Shown: piece after piece, positions 47,998 through 58,317 of the stretch | How positions within the stretch are numbered: position 1 is the first letter of the stretch | How the letters are laid out: each line of letters opens with the position of its first letter | Assembly (NCBI GenBank): GCA_965225945.1 | Contig: CBDDBZ010000031.1 | Location: forward strand, 192,001 to 256,000 | Reading direction: 5' to 3' | Length of the DNA stretch: 64,000 nucleotides | From: Alphaproteobacteria bacterium | Lineage (GTDB): Bacteria; Pseudomonadota; Alphaproteobacteria; GCA-2731375 | Program-made: the position numbers and the translations under genes | The notes under the pieces: generated by a model | Seen by the model: the letters and a program-made list of their open reading frames with translations, nothing else | Told to the model about the DNA's origin: nothing | Database searches by the model: none

Positions 47998-49569
47998 TCA
48001 CTCCTCGTCCTCGGTCGGCGCGCCGGGCGGGCGGGCGCCGGGGTGGGGCTCGTATTTGCCCTCCCTGAGCATGCGGCGCAACAGCTTGCCGGAGGCCGAA
48101 CGCGGCATCCGGCGCACCAGGACATAGTCGCGCGGCCGCTTGAAGCGGGGAAGCTCGCTCGCCAGGTAGGCGCGATCCAGGCGCCCGGCGTCGACCTCGC
48201 CGTCCGCTGGCACGACGAACGCCACCACGCGCTGGCCCAACCGCTCGTCGGGCAGGCCGACCACCGCGACGTCGGCGGCGAGTCCGGCGCGGAGCGCCAC
48301 GTCCTCGACTTCCTCGGGGTGGATGTTTTCGCCGCCGGAGATGATCATGTCGTCGACCCGGCCGAGGATGAAGAGGTCGCCGTCGGCGTCCTTCCGGCCC
48401 AGATCGCCGGTGTAGTACCAGCCGCCCCGGATCGCCTTGGCGTCGGCCGCCGGCAACCGCCAATAGCCGGCGAAGGCCTCGGGCGAGGACATGGCGGCGA
48501 TGATCTCGCCGCATTCGCCCGGCGGCAGGACCGCATCGTGATTGGGCGCGCCGTCGCTCTCGGCCGGCACCACGCGGATCGTCTGATTGAGCCCCGGGCG
48601 GCCGGCCGAGCCGGGCTTCTGGTCCAACCAATCGCAGAAGCTGAAGGTGTAGATTTCGCTCGATCCGTAATAGTTGACGAAGCGTTCGGGCCGGAAGACC
48701 TCGGCGCAGCGCTCCTCCAACGCTTGCGCCATGACCATCCCGGCGTAGCCGACGTGGTAGAGCGAGCCGAGGTCGCTCGCCTCGAGCCTCGGCGCGCGCA
48801 CCATGTCGTGGAACATGGTCGGCACCAGGAACAGGCTCTGGACCCGCTCGCGATGGATCAGCGCCAGCGCTTCGGCCGGGTCGAAGGCGGGCATGGCGAC
48901 GTAGGTGCCGCCCAGCAGGGCCGTGGTCACCAGCACCCGGAGCCCCATGATGTGGAACAGCGGCATTACCCCCAACGACGAAGTGCCGAAGGGAAGGCGG
49001 TGGTGGGCGATGTGGGCCCAGGAGCCGGCCAGCTCGTTCAGATGGCTGCGGGGCACGCCCTTGGGCCGCCCGGTGGTACCGGAGGTGTAGATCATCAGCG
49101 CCGTCGCGCCCGGCTCGGCAACGAACGGTTCCGTCACGGCCGGCGCCTCCAGCAGCGAATCGAAGGCCGGCCCCGCGCGCCCCGCCGTGATCGAACGCGC
49201 GCCGTCGAGACCCGCCTGGGCCGCCGCCTCCGGCGCCCCGTCGCCCGAGGCGTCGTCATAGGCCACCGCCGCCGCCTCGCAGTCCTTCAGGCAGTAGGCG
49301 ATCTCCGCGGCCGAGCCGCGCCACGAGATCGGCGTCAGGACCAGGCCCAGGTGCTGCGCCGCCCAATACAGGCTCGCCATCTCGAAGCCGTTGCGCATCA
49401 CCACGCCCAGATGCTCGCCCGGGCGGAGGCCGAGCCCGGCCAGGCCGCCGGCGAGCCGATGGACGAGCGCGCGCCATTCGGCGAAGCCGAGGCGGCGCCC
49501 GGCGTCGACGATGGCGAGATCGTTCGGCCGGCGGGCCACGGCATGCTCGAACGCTCTCGCCAAGTTCAT
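47998..49569 (-). CDS. Acyl/aryl-CoA ligase (AMP-binding)
   Basis: YTSGTTGRPKG, YGSSE, TGDLG, GRVDDMI, SGK. Confidence 0.92.
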   Translation of the reverse strand: MNLARAFEHAVARRPNDLAIVDAGRRLGFAEWRALVHRLAGGLAGLGLRPGEHLGVVMRNGFEMASLYWAAQHLGLVLTPISWRGSAAEIAYCLKDCEAAAVAYDDASGDGAPEAAAQAGLDGARSITAGRAGPAFDSLLEAPAVTEPFVAEPGATALMIYTSGTTGRPKGVPRSHLNELAGSWAHIAHHRLPFGTSSLGVMPLFHIMGLRVLVTTALLGGTYVAMPAFDPAEALALIHRERVQSLFLVPTMFHDMVRAPRLEASDLGSLYHVGYAGMVMAQALEERCAEVFRPERFVNYYGSSEIYTFSFCDWLDQKPGSAGRPGLNQTIRVVPAESDGAPNHDAVLPPGECGEIIAAMSSPEAFAGYWRLPAADAKAIRGGWYYTGDLGRKDADGDLFILGRVDDMIISGGENIHPEEVEDVALRAGLAADVAVVGLPDERLGQRVVAFVVPADGEVDAGRLDRAYLASELPRFKRPRDYVLVRRMPRSASGKLLRRMLREGKYEPHPGARPPGAPTEDEE

Positions 49570-49715
49570 GTGGCGTTACCTTCCCCCGTCGATCGGGGCC
49601 GATAATGGCCGGAGCGGTCGGATCTTGTCACCTGCCGGCGGGCACGCATTCCCTTCCGCCCCGATCCGCACTAGCCTGGGCGCCGAGGGATCCGATCGAG
49701 AGGGGAGTCAGGGCG

Positions 49716-50501
49716 ATGGGTGGCGAGCGAATCGAGCGCGCGGCGGCGGCGCTGTACGCGGCCTGGCAAGGCGGGCCCAGCGTGGCGCTGCCCAACGACG
49801 ACGTGGCGCCGGCGGACATGGCGGAGGCGATCCGGATCCAGGACGCGCTGGTCGCCAAGCTCGGCCATGAGGTCGCGGGTTGGAAGCTCGGCGCCTCCAG
49901 CCGGGCGGCGATGGCGGCGGCGGGGATCGAGGGGCCGATGTCGGGGCGTCTGTTCCGCCACATCCTGCACGAGGACGGCGCGCGCTTCCCGGCGAAGAGC
50001 TTCCGCGCCCCCATCCTGGAGGCCGAGTTCGCCTTCCGCATGGCCGCCGATTTGCCGGCGCGGGAGGCGGCATACGGCGAGGGCGAAGTGCTCGACGCCG
50101 TGGCCGAGATGATCATGGGCGTGGAGGTCGCCGACAATCGCTATGCCGCCACGCCGCCGATTCCAATGCCCTTCCTGACCGCCGACAACGCGGCGACCGG
50201 CGCCTATGTCGTGGGCGGCTCGGTCGCGGACTGGCGCGAGATGGATTCGACCACCATCGAGGCGACGCTCGAGGTCGACGGCGAGGTGGTGGGGCCATCG
50301 CTCTCCGGCGAGGCGCGCTGTGATCCGAAGTGGGTCCTGGTCTGGACCGCGAACGCGCTTTCGGGCCGGGGGCTCGGCCTCGGCGCCGGCGACCTGGTGA
50401 CCACGGGCACGGCCTGTCAGGCGGTGCCGGGCGGCGCCGACATGGACATCGTCGCCCGCTTCCAGGGCCTCGGCGAGGTACGCCTCGCGATCGAGAGCTG
50501 A
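49716..50501 (+). CDS. 2-keto-4-pentenoate hydratase-like (FAH superfamily)
   Basis: GWKLG, EAEFAF, EVAD.R, ADNA, AGDLVTTG. Confidence 0.88.
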   Translation: MGGERIERAAAALYAAWQGGPSVALPNDDVAPADMAEAIRIQDALVAKLGHEVAGWKLGASSRAAMAAAGIEGPMSGRLFRHILHEDGARFPAKSFRAPILEAEFAFRMAADLPAREAAYGEGEVLDAVAEMIMGVEVADNRYAATPPIPMPFLTADNAATGAYVVGGSVADWREMDSTTIEATLEVDGEVVGPSLSGEARCDPKWVLVWTANALSGRGLGLGAGDLVTTGTACQAVPGGADMDIVARFQGLGEVRLAIES

Positions 50502-50511
50502 GTTCCGGGCC

Positions 50512-51393
50512 TCACTCCAGGTCGCGGAGGAAGGCCCGAATCGCCTCGCCGATCTCGGCCGGCGAATCTTCTTGGATGAAGTGGCTGCCCTTTACCGTGA
50601 CCTCGCGCTGGTCGGGCCAGTCGCGGCAGAACTCCCGCTGGGCGCCGATCAGGATGGCGCCGGGCTGGGCGTTGATGAAGAGCTTCGCCGGCCCGCCGGC
50701 CGCGAGCCATTGGGAATAGGCGCCGACGATCGCCACGACGTCCGCCGGCTTGCCGTCGATCGGGATTTGGCGGGGCCAGGTGAGGGTCGGCCGGCGGCTC
50801 TCGCCCGCCTCCAGATAGGGCTTGCGGTAGACCGCCATCTCCGCCTCGCCGAGGCCCCGGAGCACGCTCGCCGGCAGGATCCGTTCGACGAAGAGGTTCT
50901 TCTCCAGGACCATCTCCTCGCCCGCGGCCGAGCGCAGGGCCCGGAAGATCTCGCGCGCCGGCTCCGGCCACTCGTCCCAGGTCACGGGGCGGACGAGCGC
51001 CTCCATATAGGCGATCGCGTGCACGCTCGCGGGGAAGCGGTGGGCGCGATGGAAGCCGAGGGCCGAGCCCCAGTCGTGCACCACCAGGGTGATATCCCGC
51101 TCGAGACCCAGCGCCTCGAACCAGGCGTCGAGATAGCGGGCGTGCTCGGCGAAAGTGTAGCGGCCGTCGGCCGAACGGCTCGACTCGCCCATGCCGATCA
51201 GATCCGGCGCCAGGCAGCGGCCGTGGCCCCTCAGCTGCCCGATGACGTTGCGCCAGAGATAGGACGAGGTCGGATTGCCGTGCAGCAGCACGATTGGCGC
51301 TCCCTCGCCCTCGTCGACATAGGCCATCTCGCCGTCGAGCACCGCGACGCGGTGGCGGGCATATGGGTCGGCGGCGGAAATCGTCTCGGTCAT
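50512..51393 (-). CDS. Haloalkane dehalogenase (LinB/DhaA-like, HLD-II)
   Basis: HGNPTSSYLWRN, HDWG nucleophile, YMEA acid, SHFIQED base. Confidence 0.9.
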   Translation of the reverse strand: MTETISAADPYARHRVAVLDGEMAYVDEGEGAPIVLLHGNPTSSYLWRNVIGQLRGHGRCLAPDLIGMGESSRSADGRYTFAEHARYLDAWFEALGLERDITLVVHDWGSALGFHRAHRFPASVHAIAYMEALVRPVTWDEWPEPAREIFRALRSAAGEEMVLEKNLFVERILPASVLRGLGEAEMAVYRKPYLEAGESRRPTLTWPRQIPIDGKPADVVAIVGAYSQWLAAGGPAKLFINAQPGAILIGAQREFCRDWPDQREVTVKGSHFIQEDSPAEIGEAIRAFLRDLE

Positions 51394-51951
51394 GATGGTT
51401 GCTTCCCACGGCGTCGAAGTGGCGCGCTACATACCATGTGGCGTGGCGAGGCGTCGCGCGCGACGCGGAGGGGAGACGAGGATGACGATGGACGCCGAGC
51501 GACCGCCGTCGGGGCTCACGGTGGTGGAACTCGGCGGCAACATTGAGGGACATCCCCGAAATCCGACCTTGAGCACAATAGGCTTTTTCCGTGCATTTCT
51601 GAAAGTGGGCCATTACCATGGTCCCTGAGGCTGACCAAAAATGCATCACCGGTAAAGGTGAGAGCCCGAACGAACGATGGGAGGGGGAGTTCGAATCAAC
51701 CATTCTTGCCAGCGTTCCGCGGTCCACGCCATCGCCCGAGACGGGCGGCGGGCGGCTTGGAATGTCACGAGGGGATGGCGCCTTCTCCCCTCGCGGCGGG
51801 TGAGAATGGGTTACGGGGGGACGGAAGAGAACAACGGCGCATCGGAATTCCTTGACGGTGGCCCCGCGACATCTCGATGGGGGTTCGCCACGGTCCGATC
51901 GGGCCGCCGAGGTAGACCTAATCAAGAGACACCAAACCGGGAGGCTAGACC

Positions 51952-53595
51952 ATGAGCAAAAAGACATCGAATGGAGAGTTGGACACTGGGTTGAGCTATG
52001 ACGACCTTGGCACCAACGACAAGAATTTCATCGCCCGGGCCCTGAGCCGTGGCGCCTCGCGCCGTCAGGTCATGGGCTGGCTAATCGCCTCGGGCGCCAC
52101 CATCGCGGCGGCCGGCAGCATCGTCACCCAGGCGGGCAAGGTTCTGGCGGCGACGCCGAAAAAGGGCGGCAGGATCAGGTTCGCCTCCGACTTGCACGGC
52201 CCACCGGATACCCTCGATCCGGGTCTCAACACCTCGACGATCGACTACACGCGCGGCCGCAGCAACTACAACAGCCTGTGCCAGATCAATGACGATCTGA
52301 GCACACGGCCCGAACTGGCCGAGGAATATTCGGCCAACGCCGACAATACAGAATGGACCTTCAAACTCCGCAAGGGCGTGAAGTTCCATGACGGCAGCCC
52401 GTTTACGGCCGATGACGTGATTTACACCATGTCACGCCATTACGGCGAAAAATCCACCTCGACGGCGAAGACGCTGGTGGCGGACGTGAAGGAATGGAAG
52501 AAAGTCGACAGCCATACGGTCAAGGCGATCATGATCGGCCCGAACGCCGACCTGCCGGTGATCCTCGGCACGGCCCAGTTCAAGATCATCAAGGACGGCA
52601 CGACGGATTTCCAGAAACCCGTCGGCACGGGGCCGTTCAAGCTCAAGGAGTTCAAGCCCGGCGTGCGCTCGGTTCATCTGCGCAATGACGACTATTGGCG
52701 GGATGGTCCCAACGCCGACGAGCTCGAGATTTTCGCCATTACCGACAAGGTAGCTCGTACCAGCGCCCTGTTGTCCGGCGATATCGACCTGATGCAGGCG
52801 CTCGATCCAAAGGCCATCAAGCAGGTCGAATCGACGTCGGGGGTCGGTGTTTGGTCGGTTGCTTCCGGCGCCTATTTTGGCATTTGCGCCATGCTCACGT
52901 CGTCCCCGGGCAACAACCGCGACTTTGTCCTGGCCCTGAAATACAGCCAACGCCGCGACAAAATCGTGAGATCGATTTTGAAGGGTCAGGGCACGGTCGG
53001 TAACGATCACCCGATCAATGTCGCTTATGGCGCGGACCATTGCTCCGAGTTGGCGGTGCGTCCACATGACCTCGACAAGGCCAAATTCCATCTGAAGAAA
53101 TCCGGCATTACCACGGCCGAGTTGCATGTGGCGGAAGTGGCGCCGGGCATGACGGACATCAGCTTGATGGCTCAGCGCGAAGCTCAAAAAATCGGCCTCG
53201 ACATGAAAATCAAGAAGGTGCCGAACGACGGCTATTGGGGTGCGGTGTGGATGAAGACGCCGCTCAACGTGGTCACCTGGAACATGCGTCCGACGGCCAA
53301 CGTCATGCTCAATCTCGCCTTCGCACCCGATGCGCCGTGGAACGACACGCTGTGGAAGGACGAACGCATCGGCAAATGGTTGCTGGATGCCCGCAAGGCG
53401 ACGGACCCGGCGAAGCGCCATGAAATCTACTGCGCCATGCAGACCCTCATCAGCGAAGAAAGCGGCATGATCATTCCGGCCCACCGCAACTATGTCGACG
53501 CCAAGTCCGACAAGATTGAAGGTATCGGCCGCATGCCGCTCGGTTCTCTGGGCGGCTATGAATGGCCTGAATTCGCCTGGCGGACCGACGCCTAG
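51952..53595 (+). CDS. Dpp/Opp ABC substrate-binding protein with Tat-like signal
   Basis: SRRQVM, PKKGG, LRKGVKFHDG, GTGPF, GNDHP. Confidence 0.9.
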   Translation: MSKKTSNGELDTGLSYDDLGTNDKNFIARALSRGASRRQVMGWLIASGATIAAAGSIVTQAGKVLAATPKKGGRIRFASDLHGPPDTLDPGLNTSTIDYTRGRSNYNSLCQINDDLSTRPELAEEYSANADNTEWTFKLRKGVKFHDGSPFTADDVIYTMSRHYGEKSTSTAKTLVADVKEWKKVDSHTVKAIMIGPNADLPVILGTAQFKIIKDGTTDFQKPVGTGPFKLKEFKPGVRSVHLRNDDYWRDGPNADELEIFAITDKVARTSALLSGDIDLMQALDPKAIKQVESTSGVGVWSVASGAYFGICAMLTSSPGNNRDFVLALKYSQRRDKIVRSILKGQGTVGNDHPINVAYGADHCSELAVRPHDLDKAKFHLKKSGITTAELHVAEVAPGMTDISLMAQREAQKIGLDMKIKKVPNDGYWGAVWMKTPLNVVTWNMRPTANVMLNLAFAPDAPWNDTLWKDERIGKWLLDARKATDPAKRHEIYCAMQTLISEESGMIIPAHRNYVDAKSDKIEGIGRMPLGSLGGYEWPEFAWRTDA

Positions 53596-53611
53596 GTATA
53601 AAAAAACAACG

Positions 53612-53642
53612 ATCCGCTGGCCTGATTTTCAGGCCAGCGGAT
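53612..53642. terminator. 14-bp stem hairpin after SBP gene
   Basis: ATCCGCTGGCCTGA-TTT-TCAGGCCAGCGGAT. Confidence 0.7.
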
Positions 53643-53712
53643 AACTAACTTGCCGTCGAAGAGCAAGAACGAGTTTGCGTGCCGATGAGGCCGGGGGAGA
53701 AGGGGCGAGCCC

Positions 53713-54660
53713 ATGCACCGCATGGTCATTCAACGCATTTTGATCGGCTTCGTCACCTTGTGGGTGGTGTCGGTTCTGGTTTTCGCCGGGACGTCGATCC
53801 TTCCGGGCGATGTGGCCCAAATCGTTCTCGGGCAAACCGCGACACCGGAATCCCTGGCGGCCTACCGGGCTGAACGCGGGCTGGATCAACCGCTCATCTT
53901 CCAGTATTTCCAATGGCTCGGCGGGATGGCGACGGGCGATCTGGGAACCTCGAAGGCCGGCGGCGCCGCCATATCCAGCCTTATCGACGGGCGGTTGGGC
54001 AATACCATGTACCTTGCGGCGGTTGTCGCGGTCATATCCGTGCCGCTCTCGGTCGCCCTCGGTTTGCTTGCCGCCATGTATCCCGGAACATGGGTCGACC
54101 GGGTGTTGACCTTCGGGACCTTGAGCCTGATCTCGGTGCCCGAATTCTTCATCGCCACCTTCCTGGTGCTGATCCTGGCGGTGCACCTGAATTGGCTGCC
54201 GGCCATCGCCTACATGAGCGGCGATGAGAGTTTGTGGAAGCTGATACGGGCGCTGGCCATGCCGATCCTGACGCTCACCATCGTGGTTTCGGCGCAGATG
54301 ATCCGCATGACCCGGGCCGGCATTCTCAACGTGATGAATTCGCCTTATATCGAGATGGCGATCCTCAAGGGCGTGCCGCGCCGGCGCATCATTCTGCGCC
54401 ATGCTTTCTTCAACGCCATCGGCCCGATCGTCAACGTGGTGGCCTTGAACCTGGCCTATCTGGTCAGCGGCGTCGTCATCGTCGAGACCATCTTCGCCTA
54501 TCCCGGTCTCGCCAAGCTGATGATCGACGGCGTGCAGACGCGGGATCTGCCCTTGGTACAGGCCTGCGCGATGATTTTCTGCGGCACATATGTGGTGCTG
54601 ATCCTGACCGCCGACATCGCCTCGATCATGTCGAATCCGAGACTTAAGAATCCGAGATAG
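53713..54660 (+). CDS. Dpp/Opp ABC permease
   Basis: PGDVA, GDLGTS, YIEMA.LKG, ETIFAYPG. Confidence 0.92.
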   Translation: MHRMVIQRILIGFVTLWVVSVLVFAGTSILPGDVAQIVLGQTATPESLAAYRAERGLDQPLIFQYFQWLGGMATGDLGTSKAGGAAISSLIDGRLGNTMYLAAVVAVISVPLSVALGLLAAMYPGTWVDRVLTFGTLSLISVPEFFIATFLVLILAVHLNWLPAIAYMSGDESLWKLIRALAMPILTLTIVVSAQMIRMTRAGILNVMNSPYIEMAILKGVPRRRIILRHAFFNAIGPIVNVVALNLAYLVSGVVIVETIFAYPGLAKLMIDGVQTRDLPLVQACAMIFCGTYVVLILTADIASIMSNPRLKNPR

Positions 54661-55578
54661 GTGGCCGCGATGACCGACACCACGAGCGAGCCGACCGCCG
54701 CCGTCAAGGACGACATCGACCGCTTCGACGAATTGCCCGACGCGCCGCCCAAGCGGCGGCTGGAGCTTTCCTGGGTCGGCAAGATCGCCACCGCGATCGT
54801 CGTTTTCTGGGTGCTGATGGCCCTCTTCGGCCAATTCGTGGCGCCGTACCACGAAGCCGACATGATCGCCGACGACGAGTATATGCCCATGACCAGCGAA
54901 TTCTGGCTCGGCACCGATTACATCGGCCGCGACACGCTCTCGCGCATCCTGTGGGGCGCGCGCACCACCATCGGCATTTCCTTCGTGGCGACCATCTTGG
55001 CCTATATGGCGGGCATCACGCTGGGGATCGCCGCGGCCGTGCGCGGCGGCTGGGTCGACATGGCCATCAGCCGGGTGAACGATGCCATCCTGGCCTTGCC
55101 GACGATCATGCTCGGCCTGATCGTGATCGCCGCGTTGGGCTCCTCCATTCCCATACTGATCGGCACGGCGGGGCTGATCTACGCCACCAGCGTCTTCCGC
55201 ATCGCCCGGGCGCTGGGTCAGGACATCATGGTGCAGGATTTCGTCGAGGCCGCTCGCGTGCGCGGCGAGACCGTCTGGTGGATCATCTTCCGCGAGGTGC
55301 TGCCCAACGCGGCCATGCCGCTGGCCACCGATTTCGGCCTCCGCCTGGTCTTCGTCATCCTGTTCATATCCAGCCTCAGTTTCCTCGGGCTGGGCGTGCA
55401 GCCGCCGACGGCGGATTGGGGCAGCATGGTGCGGGAGAATCTGGTCGGCCTGGGCTACGGCTCGTTTTCCTCGATCTGGCCCGCCCTGGCCATCGCCACG
55501 CTGACGATCTCGATCAACCTGATCGTCGACGACATTTCCGCCAAGGCCGGCGGCAGCCTAGCAAAGAAGATGGTGTGA
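54661..55578 (+). CDS. Dpp/Opp ABC permease
   Basis: LGTDYIGRD, DFVEAA, LPN, LSFLGLG. Confidence 0.92.
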   Translation: MAAMTDTTSEPTAAVKDDIDRFDELPDAPPKRRLELSWVGKIATAIVVFWVLMALFGQFVAPYHEADMIADDEYMPMTSEFWLGTDYIGRDTLSRILWGARTTIGISFVATILAYMAGITLGIAAAVRGGWVDMAISRVNDAILALPTIMLGLIVIAALGSSIPILIGTAGLIYATSVFRIARALGQDIMVQDFVEAARVRGETVWWIIFREVLPNAAMPLATDFGLRLVFVILFISSLSFLGLGVQPPTADWGSMVRENLVGLGYGSFSSIWPALAIATLTISINLIVDDISAKAGGSLAKKMV

Positions 55579-57470
55579 TGAGCGAACTGCTGGAAGTCAG
55601 AGACCTCGAGATCCAGGCCCGCAAGGACGACGGGACGCCCATTCCCATCGTCAAGGGGGTGAGCTTCGACGTCAAGAAGGGCGAAGTGGTGGCGCTGATC
55701 GGCGAATCCGGGTCCGGCAAGACCACCATTTCCCTCGCCGCGCTGGCCTATGCCAAGCCAGGTCTGGAATTCTCCGGCGGCGAAGTGCGCTTGCACGACG
55801 AGGATGTGCTGACCATGGCCCCGCTGAGCCAGCGCAGTTTGCGCGGCCACCGGGTGGCCTATCTGGCGCAAAGCGCGGCGGCGACCTTCAACCCGGCCAT
55901 CACCATCGGCGAGCAGGTCACCGAGTCCGCCGTCCTGCATGGCGTGCTCTCGCAGGCGGAGGCCACCGAGCGGGCGACGATGCTTTACCACGCGCTGGAA
56001 TTGCCCGATCCCAACCGCCTCGGCCGACGCTATCCCCATCAGGTTTCCGGCGGTCAGTTGCAGCGGCTGATGGCGGCGATGGCCTTGGTCGGCCGGCCGG
56101 ACCTGTTGGTTCTGGACGAGCCGACCACCGCGCTCGACGTGACCACCCAAATCGAGGTTCTCAAGGCCTTCAAGAAGGTGATCAAGGAGGAGGGATCGGC
56201 CGCCATCTACGTGACCCACGATCTGGCGGTGGTGGCGCAGATCGCCGACCATATCGTCGTGCTCTACAGTGGCGAGGTGCAGGAGCAGGGGGCGACCGAT
56301 AAGATCATCAATCATCCGACGCACGCCTATACCAAGCGCCTGATGGCCGCCGTGCGGCCGACGCCGGCGGCGGGCCAGGGCGACGAGCTGGACGACACCC
56401 ACGCACAAGAAACAGCACAGCTACGGGTCTCGAACCTGACGGCGGGCTACGGCGGCATCGTCAACGGCAAGCCGGCGATCACCGTGTTGCGGGATATCAA
56501 CGTCAAGGTCGAGAGGGGCCACGTGGTCGGCGTGATCGGGGAATCCGGTTGCGGCAAGTCGACCCTCGCCCGGGTCATGGCCGGCATCCTGCCGGCCGCC
56601 GAGGGCGAGGTGGTGCTGGACGGCGATAGGCTCAAGCCGGCGCTCCGGCAGCGCTCGCGGGACGAATTGCGCCGGGTCCAGTTCGTCTTCCAGATGGCCG
56701 ACACGGCGCTCAATCCCCGTCAGCGGATATCCGAAATTTTGGGCCGGCCGATCGAGTTTTACCGCGGCATCCGGGGCCGCGCGAAGCGGCTCGAGGTGGC
56801 CGAGTTGTTGAAGATGGTGGAATTACCGATCGAGTTCGAGAGCCGCTATCCCCAGGAGCTTTCGGGCGGTCAAAAGCAGCGCATCAATCTGGCCCGGGCG
56901 CTGGCCGCCAAGCCGGACGTGATGCTTTGCGACGAGGTCACCTCGGCGCTCGATTCGATCGTCGGCGCCAACGTCATCCGCCTGCTCAAGGATTTGCGCG
57001 ACAAGACCGGCGTGTCCTTCGTCTTCATCAGCCACGATCTCTCGACCGTGGCCACCTTCGCGGACGAGATCGTCGTGCTCTATGCCGGCCGGGTGGTCGA
57101 GCAAGGACCCGTCGATCAAGTGTTGTCGCCGCCCTACCACCCCTATACCCGGCTGTTGATCAGCTCGGTGCCGGAGATGCGCATCGGCTGGCTCGAGGAC
57201 ACCATGGAGAAGCGGGAGATGGCGGTCGGCATCGCCCGGGGGGTGGAGATCACCGACACGGGCTGCCCTTTCTTTAACCGCTGTCCGATCGCCATCGAGG
57301 GCACCTGCGACACCGAGACGGCGCCAAACCGCGAACCCTCGCCAGGGCACATCATCGCCTGTCACCGCACCTTGGAGGAAGTGCAGGAAGCGGAGGACAT
57401 GCCGCAGCAAATCCTGCATGGCTTCGAAAAAATCGCGCCGGACGACACCAAGGGGCGCGCGGCGCACTGA
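55578..57470 (+). CDS. Fused double ABC ATPase (DppD/F)
   Basis: Two Walker A motifs (GESGSGKT, GESGCGKS) and two signature motifs. Confidence 0.92.
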   Translation: MSELLEVRDLEIQARKDDGTPIPIVKGVSFDVKKGEVVALIGESGSGKTTISLAALAYAKPGLEFSGGEVRLHDEDVLTMAPLSQRSLRGHRVAYLAQSAAATFNPAITIGEQVTESAVLHGVLSQAEATERATMLYHALELPDPNRLGRRYPHQVSGGQLQRLMAAMALVGRPDLLVLDEPTTALDVTTQIEVLKAFKKVIKEEGSAAIYVTHDLAVVAQIADHIVVLYSGEVQEQGATDKIINHPTHAYTKRLMAAVRPTPAAGQGDELDDTHAQETAQLRVSNLTAGYGGIVNGKPAITVLRDINVKVERGHVVGVIGESGCGKSTLARVMAGILPAAEGEVVLDGDRLKPALRQRSRDELRRVQFVFQMADTALNPRQRISEILGRPIEFYRGIRGRAKRLEVAELLKMVELPIEFESRYPQELSGGQKQRINLARALAAKPDVMLCDEVTSALDSIVGANVIRLLKDLRDKTGVSFVFISHDLSTVATFADEIVVLYAGRVVEQGPVDQVLSPPYHPYTRLLISSVPEMRIGWLEDTMEKREMAVGIARGVEITDTGCPFFNRCPIAIEGTCDTETAPNREPSPGHIIACHRTLEEVQEAEDMPQQILHGFEKIAPDDTKGRAAH

Positions 57471-57511
57471 CCTCGCGCGGGGTCGCGGCGCGGCACGGGG
57501 GAGCAAGCCGA

Positions 57512-57955
57512 ATGATCAAAACGATTCTGATTGCCGTCGACGGCTCCGAGCATTCGCAAAAATGCGTCGAGTTCGGCGCCACCGTCGCCGCGGGCGTAGA
57601 CGCCTCGGTCACGCTGCTGCACGTGGTCAAGCCCTATCAGCTGCCCGAGAGCTTCAAGGCCTTCGCCAAGGCCGAGCATATGGCGACCCTCGACGCCGAC
57701 TTGCTCAAGAAGGGCGCGCAATATCTGCTCGCCAAGGCGCTGGATGCTGCCCGCGCGGCCGGCTGTCACGACGTCGAGATCGAATGCGAGGAAGGACCGA
57801 TCGCGCGAACCATCGTCGCCCGCGCCGCCTCGAAGGGCGCCGACATGATCGTGATCGGCTCGCGCGGCATGGGCGACGTCGAGGGCCTGCTGCGCGGCGG
57901 CGTATCCCACCGGGTCGAGATCCTGGCCAAATGCCCGGTGCTGGTCGTCAAATAG
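57512..57955 (+). CDS. Universal stress protein
   Basis: ILIAVDGSEHS, DMIVIGSRG, CPVLVVK. Confidence 0.93.
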   Translation: MIKTILIAVDGSEHSQKCVEFGATVAAGVDASVTLLHVVKPYQLPESFKAFAKAEHMATLDADLLKKGAQYLLAKALDAARAAGCHDVEIECEEGPIARTIVARAASKGADMIVIGSRGMGDVEGLLRGGVSHRVEILAKCPVLVVK

Positions 57956-58317
57956 TCGCACCTCGGACATCGAACGACGCGAAGTGACGGGTTACCTCCC
58001 GCTTCGCCACCCCTCGCGCCCGCTCGGAGAGCCGGCCGGCGCTGAACGCGGCGCCGGCCGAGGTGATGGGCCGCGATAGCCGGGCCGCGTGGCGCCGGTG
58101 CTCAGCCGACGACTTCCGGATCTTCCCGCCGGAGGCGGGCCGTAAACAGGGCTGAATTCCAGCGCTTTCGCGCCGATGTCGCGGAGGGACGATGGCCCTG
58201 TCGGTGGCGGGACAGTTCTTGCGCCGGAGAATTTACCGCCTCATCATATCGATGGGAATTTGGGCTGTTCGACATCTTTTAGGGAGGCATACCGGTCAAA
58301 GCCGGGCGATGTAAAGA

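Noticed and set aside
51400-51950. Possible gene remnant between the dehalogenase and the SBP gene
   Set aside because: No recognisable motif; cannot be supported without a search.
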